From: Octopus bimaculoides
Taxonomy: Eukaryota
DNA length: 54,859 bases
Direction of reading: 5' to 3'
Assembly: GCF_001194135.2 (NCBI RefSeq)
Contig: NC_068982.1
Coordinates: 170,439,860-170,494,718 of the forward strand
In this document: positions 10,799 to 24,100 of the stretch, piece by piece
Layout of the letters: each line of letters starts with the position of its first letter
Numbering within the stretch: position 1 is the stretch's first letter
The notes under the pieces: generated by a model
Told to the model about the DNA's origin: nothing
The model's database searches: none
Seen by the model: only the letters and a program-made list of their open reading frames with translations
Position numbers and translations under genes: made by a program

Positions 10799-11324
10799 CG
10801 TTTCTTTATAAATGTTCTGAAAACTGTTTACAGCCTTGGAATTTTTAAATCTCATTTTGTCAATTTATATATATAAACGAGATTGTGGTGGCGAACGCGT
10901 AAATCACGCTTGGAAGAAGAACACGTCTTCCCTGTTTCAGCTATAACGGAGAGAAAGAAAGAAACACAAGTTAGAAGAAAGAAAGATGGCCGATGGTCAC
11001 GGGGAGCCACGTGAACATGGGAGGAAGAGTGAGGGGGAGAGAGTGACAGAGTAATAGGATAGAATAGTGGGAGAAGAGGAGGTAAAAGAATAGAGAGAAA
11101 AACGAAAGAGTAAAAAGATCGTATACAGTGGGTATCAGAATCATTAAGATAAAACTTACTTGGAAGAGGATGCGTGGCTTCAATCATATAATGATATAGA
11201 TAATATATATATGTATATATGTATGCATGTATGTATGTCTTTATGAATATATATATGTATGTATGCATATATGCAGGCATGCATGCAAATATGTATGTAT
11301 GCATATAGGTATGTACGATCTGTG

Positions 11325-11500
11325 CTCAAATTTCGCCAAGGTCGAGTTTGTATTTTATACTCTCGAGGTAGATAAAATAACAGTTGGACACTGGGATCGA
11401 TGTAATCGACTTAGCCTGCGCTTTCCACAATTGCTAATCTTGGGTCAAAATCTGAAACCAATATTATGTATATAAAGTAGCACGTCGGGCAAAATCCTTA
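11325..11500 (+). mobile_element. SINE family B, degenerate
   Basis: ctcaaatttcgccaaggtcgag...gataaaataacagttggacactgggatcgatgtaatcgac resembles the family B consensus. Confidence 0.55.
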
Positions 11501-12262
11501 AACGCATTTAATCCATCTTTACATATGCCGATTCACTTCCTAGCGTTTTCGTTTCGTACCATTTTCACTTTATGCGATCTCGCTTCGTACCTCTTTCACT
11601 TTATGCCGATTCACTTCATACCACTTTCTTCTTTTTTTTTAATATCGCGGTGGTCGGCTTTACCTTTCATTCTTTCGGGGTCAATAATTATAATATAAGC
11701 ACCAGTTTAATCCTCGGGTCAATGTGAGCGACTTAAACCTACCCTAAAATCGCTGGCCTTGTGGCAAGATTTGAAATCATTATTAATATTGCATATGATT
11801 TCCCATATTTAATTGCGAGGTCCACAAACATGTGATATGACTATGAATTTGTTTTGTCAAACTAAAATGATTCAGGTTTACGTTTAGGAGCGTACAGCTG
11901 AAAAGTATATTTCGAATATATCGGCATTCATGTGTCAATATAAATCACTAGATGGCAAGTGAAAATACACTTCCGGAAATTATTCATTCATTGCACTCTT
12001 GTCGTTTGATTAATTGCAATATTTTCGAACAAATAACCATGTTGGCTAATAGTTACGAACATTAAATAAAGTATAATAAAATAAAGTATAATCATAAAGT
12101 ACTGTTTTACATTAAAGTAAACTTCAACATACAACGGGATATTCACGTAAAGTTTAATATGAAACAGCACTGCCTGTCTATCTATCCATACATACATACA
12201 TACATACACACATCCATGTATGTATGTATGTATGTATGTATGTATGTATGTATCTGTTTATC

Positions 12263-12355
<93 letters not shown>

Positions 12356-14031
12356 GTAACCCATCCATCCTTCCATCCATCCTTCCATCCATCCGTCCGT
12401 GTGTCTGTCCGTCCACGCGTCTGTCTGCCTTTCTGTCTATCTATGAAGCCAAATTGAGCTATGAGAAATAACTTAGAACATCCAGTGGCAAATATTTCAA
12501 CAATAACAATAAAGTCGCACAAAACAAGATAAACCCTGATTAATTGATGCTATATCTGCTTCCAGAGACGATAGATCAATTTCTTGATGGCAACTGGTAC
12601 AAAATCAAAATGAGAAAAGAAAGTAATCAGAACAATTAGGAATTTTCCAAATTTGACAACACAGTCTGATTGTTTGAAGCGTACTAGCAGATATTTCTAC
12701 CGCAAAAGGCATTACCTGCCCAGCAATTGTCCAAACGTATCTGCAGCAAAAGAGACACTTGGACAGATGATCTCATTGCATAGAGAGTGGAGACAAATAC
12801 CGCAAGTCCTTCTACCCAACTCTTTAATATTCTCTCAAATTGCTACATAAATATTTTTAGAAACATATGTATTCTCCTGCTGACATACAAACCGGTAAAT
12901 TCTATGAAAAGATGAATTTTCAACTCGCAACTGCTGCGAATCTTTCTTTCTTAAGACAGCTCTTTTGATAATCAGAATGCTGCGTTCTTGGAAAATAGAA
13001 TTCATGAATTCTAACTAACGCTTCAATTATACTCTCCGCTGGAGTTTTAGAGTAAAACGAAGAAAAAATTATCAATAAAAGCTTCATAATAAATGTGTAT
13101 GAAAGATTTTAAATAGGGTCATCGCACCATTCCTAAGTACAGTACACACACACACACACACATGTACAAGCATATATAAAAATATACAGATACATACACG
13201 TATATAAGTACACAGTAATATACGCATATTGTGAAAGGAACAAAGAGAGTGTGAATTGCACATACAGTTATATATACACACACTCTCATAAAAAACACTT
13301 GATGATAATCTTAATCATATTACCACCATGAATAATATTCAATGAAGAACTTCTATATCTTCAAATCTAGGGTATACATTTAATTACTTGATTTCGAACT
13401 TACGGAGGCACAATTGTATCACCTTTTAACACACATCTTCAATGAAAGATACGTCCAACATGTAGGAAACCTCTCACGGATATATATTGATCAATACATA
13501 CACATATACGTCTGGATGTATGAATATTTATGTGTGCGTCTGCTGAGGTGCGTGAATTGGTATTATACATGTATTTACAAATACACACACGCACGCGCGA
13601 GCATGCGCACATATATATACACACACGCACATATATATAGTTGTATATATAGGTTGTGTATTTACCTGTATTAGACATGTCTTTAAATGTACACATGAAT
13701 ACATAGAAATGTATCAAAGAATATGTATGTGTATTTATGTACGTGTGCATGTACGTGTCTATGTACCTATATATCTATTCATATAAATGTGTGCGTGATT
13801 GTGTTTTTTTATAAATTAAACCTGCACATATACAAACATATAAGAACAAGAAGAACAACAGCAACAACAGACACAGAACACACACAGATGCACGCACACG
13901 CGCACACACACACATATAGAACACAACGCAATCATAAATCTTTGTTTATATGTACGTGTAGGTAGGCACTAATTTGAAATATAAATATATAGGCTGCTAC
14001 AAAATAAACAATAGTTTGAATAATAATAATA

Positions 14032-14062
<31 letters not shown>

Positions 14063-14190
14063 TGATAATAAACAAATAGCTACAAATATAAATAGCTTCA
14101 CAGGATTCGCTTATTTTTGTATTTCATTCAATTATATTTGCGAAAGCGTCAGGTTTACTTGTTTATAAACACAAATTTCGTTTTATATTC

Positions 14191-14254
<64 letters not shown>

Positions 14255-15767
14255 TACACACGTAATATATACACATATAAAAACATGTGTCCAAATATGT
14301 GCACGAATATATTCCCATATACATGTGTTGCTTTAATAGTAATTACGTTTGTGTGTTAACAGTAAATAATAACATAAACAAACGAACAAACGACTGATTA
14401 AATAAATAGATAACTTCAAAAATAGGATAACTATAATGAATGGATAATGATATTATTTAAATACTACCACAGATCCTATTCCCAAACACGTTTTCAATGA
14501 CACTTAGAGGTATATAACTGTATGTAAATATTGCTCGATATGTACTTATGCATGTGCATGTGTACATAATTATATTTTACACATGTATGCACATGCATTT
14601 GTGTATGAATACAAGGTATACACATGCATTTGTGCATTCAAATACATATATATATTTGAATGCATGCATGTATGCATGTATGTGTGTATAAATACACATA
14701 GAAACACGGACACAGACATATGCACACGCAAGCTTGCCTATTTATGTATATATCTATATCTATTTATATTTATCTGTCTCTCTATATATATTTGTACTTG
14801 TGTGTGTGTATGTATGTATATTTGTATGTATGTATGTATGCACGTACGTACATATATATATATATATATNNNNNNNNNNTATATATATGTGTGTGTGTTA
14901 TTTAGATAAACATTGATAGATAGATGCATACATCATAGAAGATATGTATGTGTGTGCGCGTTTGTGCATGTGTATATCAACATATATGTACATATTCGAA
15001 TGTAAATCAAAGGAAACTATTGCTCCTCCTGTGTATACTCACTGATCTTTTGCTAACTCCCATTAAATTAAATCTCTAGTGCGAACAGGAAGGCACACAT
15101 TGAAAGCTGTGCGAACTGTTTCGCAATATTTTAGTCAATTGAACGGTATAGAGTTAACACCCACACGCAGCAATCATCACAAAAAGCAAAACAAGCATCT
15201 TTGCGCTCCACGTTATTTTGTTAGTTTGTATCAAACCTCTCTCTGAGATATGAGAGTGGCGCTGGAAAGGCTGTATTCTTTAAGAGGTCATTCCTTTTTT
15301 TTATAAATAGGAAATGTGAACTTTTTGAGCATTTGCTTCTATCTCTTGCAGGTCGAAGAAAACATAGATGTTTTGTCAGTTGTTATTGTTTGCATTCAGC
15401 TTAAATCCTACACCATCAAATATTTGCTATGATGCGTTTTTGCCATGAGAATCTTACCATGTGTATCATAAAATACGTTGTTCACTATGCGCTCTCTTTT
15501 TCACAAGCTGTACTTCGATGGCAATTTGCTTCATATTTACAGTATATCCATTGGCTGCACAGTGTTGCACAAAGTGTTGCACAAAGTGCTGCCGTTCTAT
15601 GGCTGTTCGTTATAACTAGAATATCACCAGGAAACATGATAAAAAGCATCGTAGCCGTAATCATCACGTCTTCTTCCAGACTCAGAGATATCTTTTCTAA
15701 GCTGTCAATTATATTTTAAGGGAATGATCTCTAGTTCAAATTTAATGGAACCTATATGTTGATATTG

Positions 15768-16085
15768 TGGAGGCGTAATGGCCCAGTGGTTAGGGCAGCG
15801 GACTCGCGGTCGGAGGATCGCAGTTTCGATTCCCAGACCGGGCGTTGTGTGTGTTTATTGAGCGAAAACACCTAAAGCTCCACGAGGCTCCGGCAGAGGG
15901 TGGTAGAGACCCCTGTTGTACTCTTTCACCTCAACTTTCTCTCACTCTTTCTTCCTGTTTCTTGAGTAACGCTGCGATGGACTGGCGTCCCGTCCAGCTG
16001 GGGGGAACACATACGTCATAGAAACCGGGAAACCGGGCCCATGAGCCTGGCTAAGCTTTAAAAGGGCGCATTAATAAAATAAAAA
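15768..16085 (+). mobile_element. Full-length tRNA-derived SINE (family D) with V-SINE-like central block and 14-bp TSD
   Basis: A box TGGCCCAGTGG and B-box-like GTTTCGATTCC. The central CTGCGATGGACTGGCGTCCCGTCCAG resembles the V-domain. A-rich tail. TSD ATATGTTGATATTG at 15754-15767 and 16086-16099. Confidence 0.88.
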
Positions 16086-16169
16086 ATATGTTGATATTGA
16101 AATATGACTTACAGGAAATTGAAATTGTCTTGTGAAACTTACAAAATTGGAAAGTTTGGGTTCCTTGTA

Positions 16170-16300
16170 CTCGTATTTATGTTGTCTTCTCCCCTTGTCT
16201 TCCTACCTTCCATGGATGCAGCGCCACGACCATCCATCTATTTATACTGCTAATGTAGCTGTGGACGCGATATTGCATTTTCCTAGAGAATTAAGATGTG
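16170..16300 (-). mobile_element. Possible RTE-type LINE 3' ORF-end remnant
   Basis: Minus-strand MEGRKTRG resembles the RTE C-terminal (L/V)EGKR.RGR motif. Short and degenerate. Confidence 0.25.
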
Positions 16301-16562
16301 TTTCACTATCAGCAACTCAAATAGCAACTCGGAATTTCTGTCTCGGTATTAGTGTGCAATAGACTTTTACACTATATTCAGAACATATCTTCTTTTGACT
16401 GTATTAATGACTGTATTAAATTTGGTGCACTTTGTTTCCAGCAGTAATAGTCACCAGGCAAGCCTAGTGAGGCAGATGATTTATCCACCGACAATCTTAT
16501 CATGCAATAGGTCGTACCACATTACATGTTCTACATGCACACTTTACAACTCTTCCCTCTGA

Positions 16563-16626
<64 letters not shown>

Positions 16627-17770
16627 CTGGACCGAACTATTGTAAACGATATGTTCGAAATGATATATATGCAAATGATGAAAGAAAGAGGTAGAGACAA
16701 ATTTGGAAGGACTTATGTTGAGACCATGAAAACACGCATTCCTAACATTTGAAAGAAAACTTGAAACTGAACTGTATGCATTGAAAAAAAACAAAGTGAA
16801 ATTTGAGAAAATGGACGTAAGGATATTTTTAAAGGGTAAACTGAAATATATTTAAAGGGTAATCTGGAATCTTAATGTGATGTTTTGGTCGAACGTGTAT
16901 AGGACAAGAAGTGCCTGACCCGGGGTTGGTAATATACATGGTGGACGACAGAGCCTGCTTGCAATATAGAATGGAAGCGACATCAAATATACTGTATGTG
17001 TACAGTTATATATATATATTAATATTTATAAATAATTCTACATATGCATATAGAGAAACTGACAGTTGTATTAATTTACATGCGTGATATTTGTATGTTT
17101 TTCGTATGGTAGAAACTGTAGGAGAAATTAAATGAGATATTATATGTGTATGTGCCTATTATGCATAACACGATTTATATTTTCAAACTCATATAATACT
17201 TTCATATGCACAAAATCTGCCATAAAGCCACATATACTCACAAAAATACATACCCACCTCCACACTCTAACTAACGTGTATGTATGAAATCGTATTTATT
17301 TGGTACACAATACATCAAAAGAAATGCCTCTATTACGATAACAATAATCATTGTTATTTTCTCTTTCTCCGCTATTGAACTTGCTATTATCTTTTACAAT
17401 TATCATTATTATAATGATAATTGAGTAGATGGCGGTTCTGGCAGAATATCACTATGAAATACTTTGAGATAATTAGTTCTGGCTCTCTATGTTCTGAGTT
17501 CAAATCCGGCCGCATACGAATTTACTTGTCATCATTTCAGTAACGATGAAATTAGTTTCACAAAAATAATACAGCTGATTCGATCGCAATACTTCCCTTC
17601 CCGAAAATGTGAGACTTAGTATGTTAGTAGTCATTTCGATAAGAATAATACCGAGCATTGTAGGAGAGAATCGGTAGAGTGGTGAAAAAATATCTAACGC
17701 TATTTATTTATATAATTTCAAATCTTGCTGAAATCGATTTTAACTTTCAATGTTGTGACATCGATAAAAT

Positions 17771-17981
17771 CTTTTCTACTCCAGGTACAAGGCCCGAAAT
17801 ATTTGGGGAGAGGGCCAGTCGATTAGATCGACCCAGTGCGCAACTGGTACTTAATTTATCAACCCCAAAAGGATGAAAGGCAAAGTCGACCTCGGTAGAA
17901 TTTGAACTCAGAACGTAAAGACAGACAAAATGCCGCTTAGCATTTTGCCTTGCGAGCTAACGTTTCTGCCAGCTCGCTACT
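17771..17981 (-). mobile_element. SINE family B with 18-bp TSD, nested in an older SINE
   Basis: Head on the minus strand (GCGAGCTGGCAGAAACGTTAGC). TTGTGACATCGATAAAAT is duplicated at 17753-17770 and 17982-17999. Confidence 0.88.
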
Positions 17982-18371
17982 TTGTGACATCGATAAAATA
18001 GATTACCAATGCAAAGGAGAGGCTAAGTTCAGTCAAGTTTCACCTCACTCCTAAATAACTCTTGGTCATATGATACTCTTATACATTATGACTCAAAAAA
18101 TAATATATGGTGTATAGCAGAATCGATAGAGTACCGCACGACAATGCTGTACGTGATTTTGCTGTGGGTCCTTACGTACACAACGCAAACTCCAGTGAGG
18201 CCACCTTCAAATTTCATTCTTCCAGGATGTATAAAATTACTGCCAGTTAAATTAAGGAGTCGAGTTAGCCGACAGTTGGTTCCACAAAACTGTGGAGTTT
18301 TATATTTATGTTAGACATCATTGCTGTAAAATATAGTGAAGGGTAATGAAAATTAGATTTCACAGAAAACT

Positions 18372-18580
18372 AATTATTTCTCTCTACTATAGGTACATGG
18401 TCTGAAATTCTGGAGAATTACATCAACCCAACTGCTTAACTGGTACTTATTTCATCCAGCCCGACAGGATGAAACGTAAAGTCGACCTCGACGGAATTTC
18501 AGCTCAGAACATAAAGACGGACGAAGTGATGCAAATCATTTTGTCCGGCATGCTAATGATTGTGTCAGCTCACTGCCTTG
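18372..18580 (-). mobile_element. SINE family B
   Basis: Colinear similarity to 23883-24100 (tttctctctactataggtac...ggatgaaacgtaaagtcgacctcg...tgctaatgattgtgtcagctc). Confidence 0.8.
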
Positions 18581-19464
18581 CCATAGAAATATAATTAAGA
18601 AGAAATAATAGGAGATATAATTTATTTAGTAGTTCAATAGAAAAATAAAAGTAGCTTTTATCAGTTTCATATTGCAGTAGAATCTAGGATTCACTACTTT
18701 GCAAAATATTTAATCGCGTTCTTTATGTTCAGTGTATCAGTATTATATTTACTTTTACAAACTTTGCACAAGTATTCCCAAACCCTGATACGATGATAAA
18801 AGTCTATTATTTCAATACATGTACGGATTTGTGCCGGTATTAGACTCCCAAGACAATATAGTTGTCTAACAAATCTTGCAGGTTATTCCAGTTAGACGAA
18901 ATCATCCCATCTGTTTCAGACAAATATATTCAATGTATTCTTCCTATTCTCCAACACTTGTGCGTGGTTTATCTGCTATTTCTGGCATGTCGAGTTATGA
19001 TATTTACGATATTCGATAATCAAAATATTGGGTGAGCTAATCTGCAAAATGTCAGGTCAAAATGCAATGCTTTATAACTTAAATCTATATTTTTTCTGTC
19101 TAGCAATAGTCTCTGCGCGGTCAACATTGCCTTTCACTCCCTCATTTTGACAGGATATGTTTTTTATATCAGTTATAGTCTGCAGATGAGTCAGTTCCCT
19201 CCTCCATGTACACTATAGCAGTTATAGACTTGGGACATTGTAATAAATTTTCATCAACAACAACAATAGTTGTATGGTAATGATAATAATTGTTATTTTA
19301 TTATTTGTATTAGCCTGTTTTTGTTCTTTATTCTATTATTATTATATTGTTGCTGTTCTTTTCCATTTGACAACGTATAATGGCAATATCTTGTTCATGG
19401 AAATTACTCATGGAATGAATAACTCTGCTTTATATTATGGCTATTGATTTTATCTGAATTGCAG

Positions 19465-19543
19465 CTGGCTGACTATAGAGACATTTGTCGTTTGTTGTCA
19501 TGAACGTCACAACACACATTTGCATTCCTCTACATATGGAATG
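19465..19543 (+). other. Candidate exon (79 nt), product unknown
   Basis: TTGCAG acceptor and GTGAGT donor. One frame is open (WLTIETFVVCCHERHNTHLHSSTYGM), ending in phase 0. Confidence 0.3.
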
Positions 19544-20237
19544 GTGAGTGCATAATTTAAAAAAGAAATCAATATTGTTCCATATTGTACAGTATCACAC
19601 GGGGCTAAATCGATATATCACCGAACAGTGAGTTCGAATTATGGTCCTAAAGCGTGTCAACCAAAGCGAGTCCCATAATATACTCTAGCGATATTTAGGG
19701 TTTATTCAATAGAGTAACTCTTTTATATACCACTGAAAATTTTGTCTTCGTATATAGTTTATTGTCTGGATTTATTGGAATGTCTATTCCACATCTACAA
19801 ACCCTATAAGTTCAGTTTTCAGTATGTTCTGTTTAATCTTTCAGTACTTCTAGTATTTAGGAAGTTGAATGGTGTGATTGGGATCTGCATCACAACCACA
19901 CTACGATAAAAGTGACGATACACAAATTTGTGTATTGCCAAATCAAGTCTTGGACAGGCTGCCAACTTCATTATTGTCATGCTCACATCATGTCTATACA
20001 ACCAATTGTATATAAGTAATACGAGTAGTAAAATATCAACTCATGCAATTGTAATATATTTGACATGGAAAGATTTACATGGGGATCGATCCTTCAGGCG
20101 ATTTCTATTTCGTGAATCAAACGTCACCATTTAGAGTGGTTGCCTCAGTCCACTTTCAAACTTACTTTGATATTATTTGTGGTTTCATTCAATGTTCCAT
20201 AGTTATATTGACCAGTTTCTTACAATTCCAATATTAG

Positions 20238-20294
20238 AGAAACAAGTGGATGCCAGCAGATTCTGGGATCAACCATCTCAGCAACGAGTATTTC
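20238..20294 (+). other. Candidate exon (57 nt), product unknown
   Basis: TTAG acceptor and GTAAGT donor. All three frames are open; the phase-0 reading is RNKWMPADSGINHLSNEYF. Confidence 0.28.
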
Positions 20295-21905
20295 GTAAGT
20301 GTAAGTTTAGAAGATTTTCTATACCAAGATTGTAAAAGATAAAAAAATGTCATTTAATTACTTGAAATTTCTTGTCCTCATAATTTCTTCGCCTACTGGA
20401 TATCAACCGCTGACTTTATATATCACGCTTATTAGTTTATGTCAGAATTTGATTTTTCCTCACCGACTCAGGTCAACAAAAGTTTCCTTGCGCACCAGAT
20501 TTTGTTTTCTTATTAATTGATATCATTATTGTTTTTGTTAGCTCTATGTTGCAACAAGATAAAAGGGAGTCTATTTTACAGTCAGTCTTTTACAAATTTA
20601 AAGGTCAGAAATTTACATTACCATAAAAATATAGATATATAGAAAGAGAGAAAAAGTGAGAAAAATTGTGAGGCAGTGGGGCCGGAAAACTCGAGCACTA
20701 GATTAAATATCGAGGTTGTTTGGCTTTTGTCTTCCCTCGTTTTGAGTACAAATTTTTACGGCTTCAACTTGAATTTCATTCATTCCAGACCAAATCACGA
20801 CGGTCAATAGTCGATTAAAAACTGATTTTGTTTCAATGTGAAAAATGCACATCGGATTTCAGTATTTGTGGATATGTGTAGGAAAAAGCTCAGCATTTCA
20901 ATTCGTAACATTTATAATACCAGGAAATTGAAAATTACGGCGAATCTATTTGCAATTAAATTTGCACGTAAAATGACCAAATGGATGGCTATTAAATTAC
21001 TAGCTCATAAGAGAATACTTCAAATCAAATTGGGCGAATCATTGTATTCCTAAACTGTATAATATAATGTGTTGTTGAATTAACGCAGCTCTTGGGAATT
21101 GACTTTTGGAAATACTTGGCCAATTACAAACAATAGACTATACTCTACAGATTTTATTTGGGATTTTCTCTTCTTATAGCTCTTATTAACAAATCACCAG
21201 GTGTGGTGGTGTGTACCTTGTGTATCGGGTTTCTATTAAGTCTGTGATTAAGACAACATTCAAATAACACGGGTCTCGTTACTTTGCAGTGCTTGTTTCA
21301 AATCTTGAAATAAATTTCACAGAAATGTGATGCACATAGTTCTATAGTACCTCAACTACGCTGAATCTAGGATTTGAAGTTTCTTTTCCGTAATAAGTAG
21401 TAAAAGGGACTTACTATACCTCTTATTTATAGTTATAGAAACCAACAAACCAAAGTGCTAGGCTTTTGCATTCACTTTTTGCATCACTTAGTCTGATGCA
21501 AATCACAAGTTTTCATTTATATGTCAGGTCGTTATATCCTTCTGTTATGTTGATAAAGAAAGATGTTAGATAAAGAAAGATGTATGATCACAACGGCTGG
21601 AACTCATTTCATAAGTAAAGCTCAATAAGAATTGACCTTGAATTAAACAACATAAACAACAGCTGTGTAAAGAAAGTATAAGTACTGAATTACTTGACAT
21701 AGCTAGTGTGTTTGCTAAAATCGTTCCTGGCCTACGTAGACAAAACAAGCGTGTATATTCTTGTTACTACATTCCATGTAATTCCTTATCTAGGTGTCAC
21801 ATAATCGAAATAATTTCCGGTTATATCGTTCAAATATAACGAACCAAGTATTTTTTAAAATTTGGGTATTGTTTTGTTTTATTTTTACCTACGATATTTC
21901 TGCAG

Positions 21906-21971
21906 TAACATCACAAGTTGTTCGTCTCATGATCATTGGTACGGTTCCTGACCTAGCAGCGCGTCTGTGTT
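21906..21971 (+). other. Candidate exon (66 nt), product unknown
   Basis: T-rich tract + TGCAG acceptor and GTAAGG donor. Only the phase-1 frame is open (TSQVVRLMIIGTVPDLAARLC). Confidence 0.25.
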
Positions 21972-22080
21972 GTAAGGGCAAAACATTTTATTTGAAGTAG
22001 CTTTTCTAAAGCTAGCTATAATGTGTACCCCCCAGTAATTAGTGCAGCCATCTTTCTACTAGTTTCTTTGCGTTCCACAG

Positions 22081-22143
22081 GGTCAAGAACGAGCAGGCCA
22101 AGAAGGTGTCTGTGTTTGCTCAAAACCACAGAGACATGTAAAA
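22081..22143 (+). other. Candidate exon start, product unknown
   Basis: Pyrimidine tract + CACAG acceptor at 22080 and GC-elevated body. One frame reads VKNEQAKKVSVFAQNHRDM*. The 3' boundary is undefined. Confidence 0.2.
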
Positions 22144-23197
22144 CAGCGAAGCATTGCTCATGTTACTGGCGGATGGTTATAGAGTGTACTTGTAGTGTAC
22201 TGTGACATGCCTATTATTCCAATAACTTAAAGTTTTATGGCTAGATATATTGATATAGAATATATTAATTCATTGGACGAATATTCAAATATTGTGAAAG
22301 GGAATGAAACATGATTTTTTCTTGTAGACAGCAAACGTATGTAATATAATTTTGGTTATATTTGTCTGCAATAGAATATTTTCAAGGTGTAGTAGAACAC
22401 TTTATTGCTTTGGGCTGAGTAATATAGCAAATATCTATGCTTATAAAGACTCCGTGTTTCATTCTATGCCTTAATGTAAATTAAAATCTATAGTTGAGCC
22501 ACGATGTTATGCCATATACACATATATAGAAACATGCATATATATATACATAAATTCTGTGCCTATATCTTCGATGTGTGCAAACGTTAATCCAGATACA
22601 TTTATTCTCCCAGTCTTTTTGTTTTAATTTCTCCGTCTGTTTTCTCTCCTCACTCCTTTCTGTAGAGAATGTAGACTCAAAGCGTCAAAGACTCTTCCAT
22701 TTTCCCTCAGCGTCAACCCTCATTTATCTTTCTGTTATTGTTTGTTTTTGTACACTTTTGAACTGTATATATATATATATATATATATNNNNNNNNNNNN
22801 NNNNNNNNNNNNNNNNNNNNNNNNNNNNNNNNNNNGTTAAATCGTATGGTATACAACTGGACACTTGATTGTTTGCCGGTAAAGCACGTTCATTGAACTG
22901 ACTTATTATTCGTTGGTTATGCAATTAACGAGATAGACGGTAGATGGCAGATACGAGAATCTTTATTGAGTGCGATAATCATTTCGACCCAACTAGCATC
23001 GATCCTTCGCGGGTGGGATACTGTACAACTGGTTTAGGTGTATCTCTCCGCGTGGATGTAAACCATGCTTATGTGCATCACAGATTCATATGAATGTTTC
23101 TCTCATTGTGCAGTATTTTGCATTGTAACACAATATCCATTTTTAAATTGGCGAAAATGTTACCTTTTGGTACTAATACCACTTCAGCCGCTGTTAA

Positions 23198-23247
<50 letters not shown>

Positions 23248-23882
23248 NNNNNNNNNNNNNNNNNNNNNNNNNNNNNNNNNNNNNNNNNNNNNNNNNNNNN
23301 NNNNNNNNNNNNNNNNNNNNNNNNNNNNNNNNNNNNNNNNNNNNNNNNNNNNNNNNNNNNNNNNNNNNNNNNNNNNNNNNNNNNNNNNNNNNNNNNNNNN
23401 NNNNNNNNNNNNNNNNNNNNNNNNNNNNNNNNNNNNNNNNNNNNNNNNNNNNNNNNNNNNNNNNNNNNNNNNNNNNNNNNNNNNNNNNNNNNNNNNNNNN
23501 NNNNNNNNNNNNNNNNNNNNNNNNNNNNNNNNNNNNNNNNNNNNNNNNNNNNNNNNNNNNNNNNNNNNNNNNNNNNNNCATGATTCATGTCATGTATGAA
23601 ATCTGAGAAAGACGATTCCACAATTTCTTGCTGAACAACCTGTGCAGTTCATTAGTTTCTAATGATGAAATTTTTGTACCATACTTGAACTCACATTATC
23701 GAATCGACGTGGCCTGTATAGGTGCATGGTGTCTCACACATCAGTTGTCGAGATGATAGAGAGCAACGAGAAATGTGAAACACAATGTACTACCCAGTCG
23801 GGGGATCGAAACGACGACTTTGCGATCTTCGGTGTTACAACCTAATGACTAGCCCATTCGTGTTCACTTAAATGCCTATATT

Positions 23883-24100
23883 CTTTTCTACTATAGGCAC
23901 TTGGCCCGAAATTTTTGGGTAGGCGGGGCAGTAGATTGGATCGATCCCAGTACACAACTGGTACTTAATTTATCGACTCCGAAAGGATGAATGGCAAAGT
24001 CGACCTCGGTGTAATTTCATCTCAGAACTTAAAGACAGCCGAAATACCGCTAAGTATTTCGCCCGGCGTGCTAACGTTTCTGCCAGCTCGCCACCTTAAG
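23883..24100 (-). mobile_element. SINE family B, well preserved
   Basis: Minus-strand head GGTGGCGAGCTGGCAGAAACGTTAGCACGCCGGGCGAAAT..., core CTTTGCCATTCATCCTTTCGGAGTCGATAAATTAAGTACCAG. Flanks ATGCCTATATT/ATGCTTATATT are a probable TSD. Confidence 0.9.

Larger units (their letters stand above)
9990..10872. mobile_element. Palindromic Penelope-like terminal element (inverted pLTR pair) with one-sided 140-nt extension
   Basis: Inverted arms ~10131-10490 and ~10505-10870 (roughly 94% identical by manual count). Each arm reads outward as a GIY-YIG-like ORF end (KALCLE*QNITTIGTHAQG, weak), then 3' UTR, then an HHR motif. The left-only extension 9990-10130 is homologous to 48495-48621. Confidence 0.75.

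Noticed and set aside
15350-15720. ORFs on both strands (96 aa plus, 60 aa minus) as a gene or RT remnant
   Set aside because: No recognisable motif. The plus-strand acceptor at 15351 leads to early stops, and the region contains a 12-bp tandem duplication.
15768-15845. tRNA genes at SINE heads (also 31720-31794 and 9830-9900)
   Set aside because: A/B boxes are present but there is no complete cloverleaf, and the sequence continues into SINE bodies.
19508-19545. Minus-strand IPYVEECKCVL* as a cystine-knot C-terminus
   Set aside because: No upstream cysteines or splice acceptor; a chance match.
22050-22095. Minus-strand GAAAC-TA-GTA as a hammerhead 3' half
   Set aside because: No CTGANGA upstream; the same applies to GAAACTAGTT near 26410 and GAAACATATGTA near 12865.
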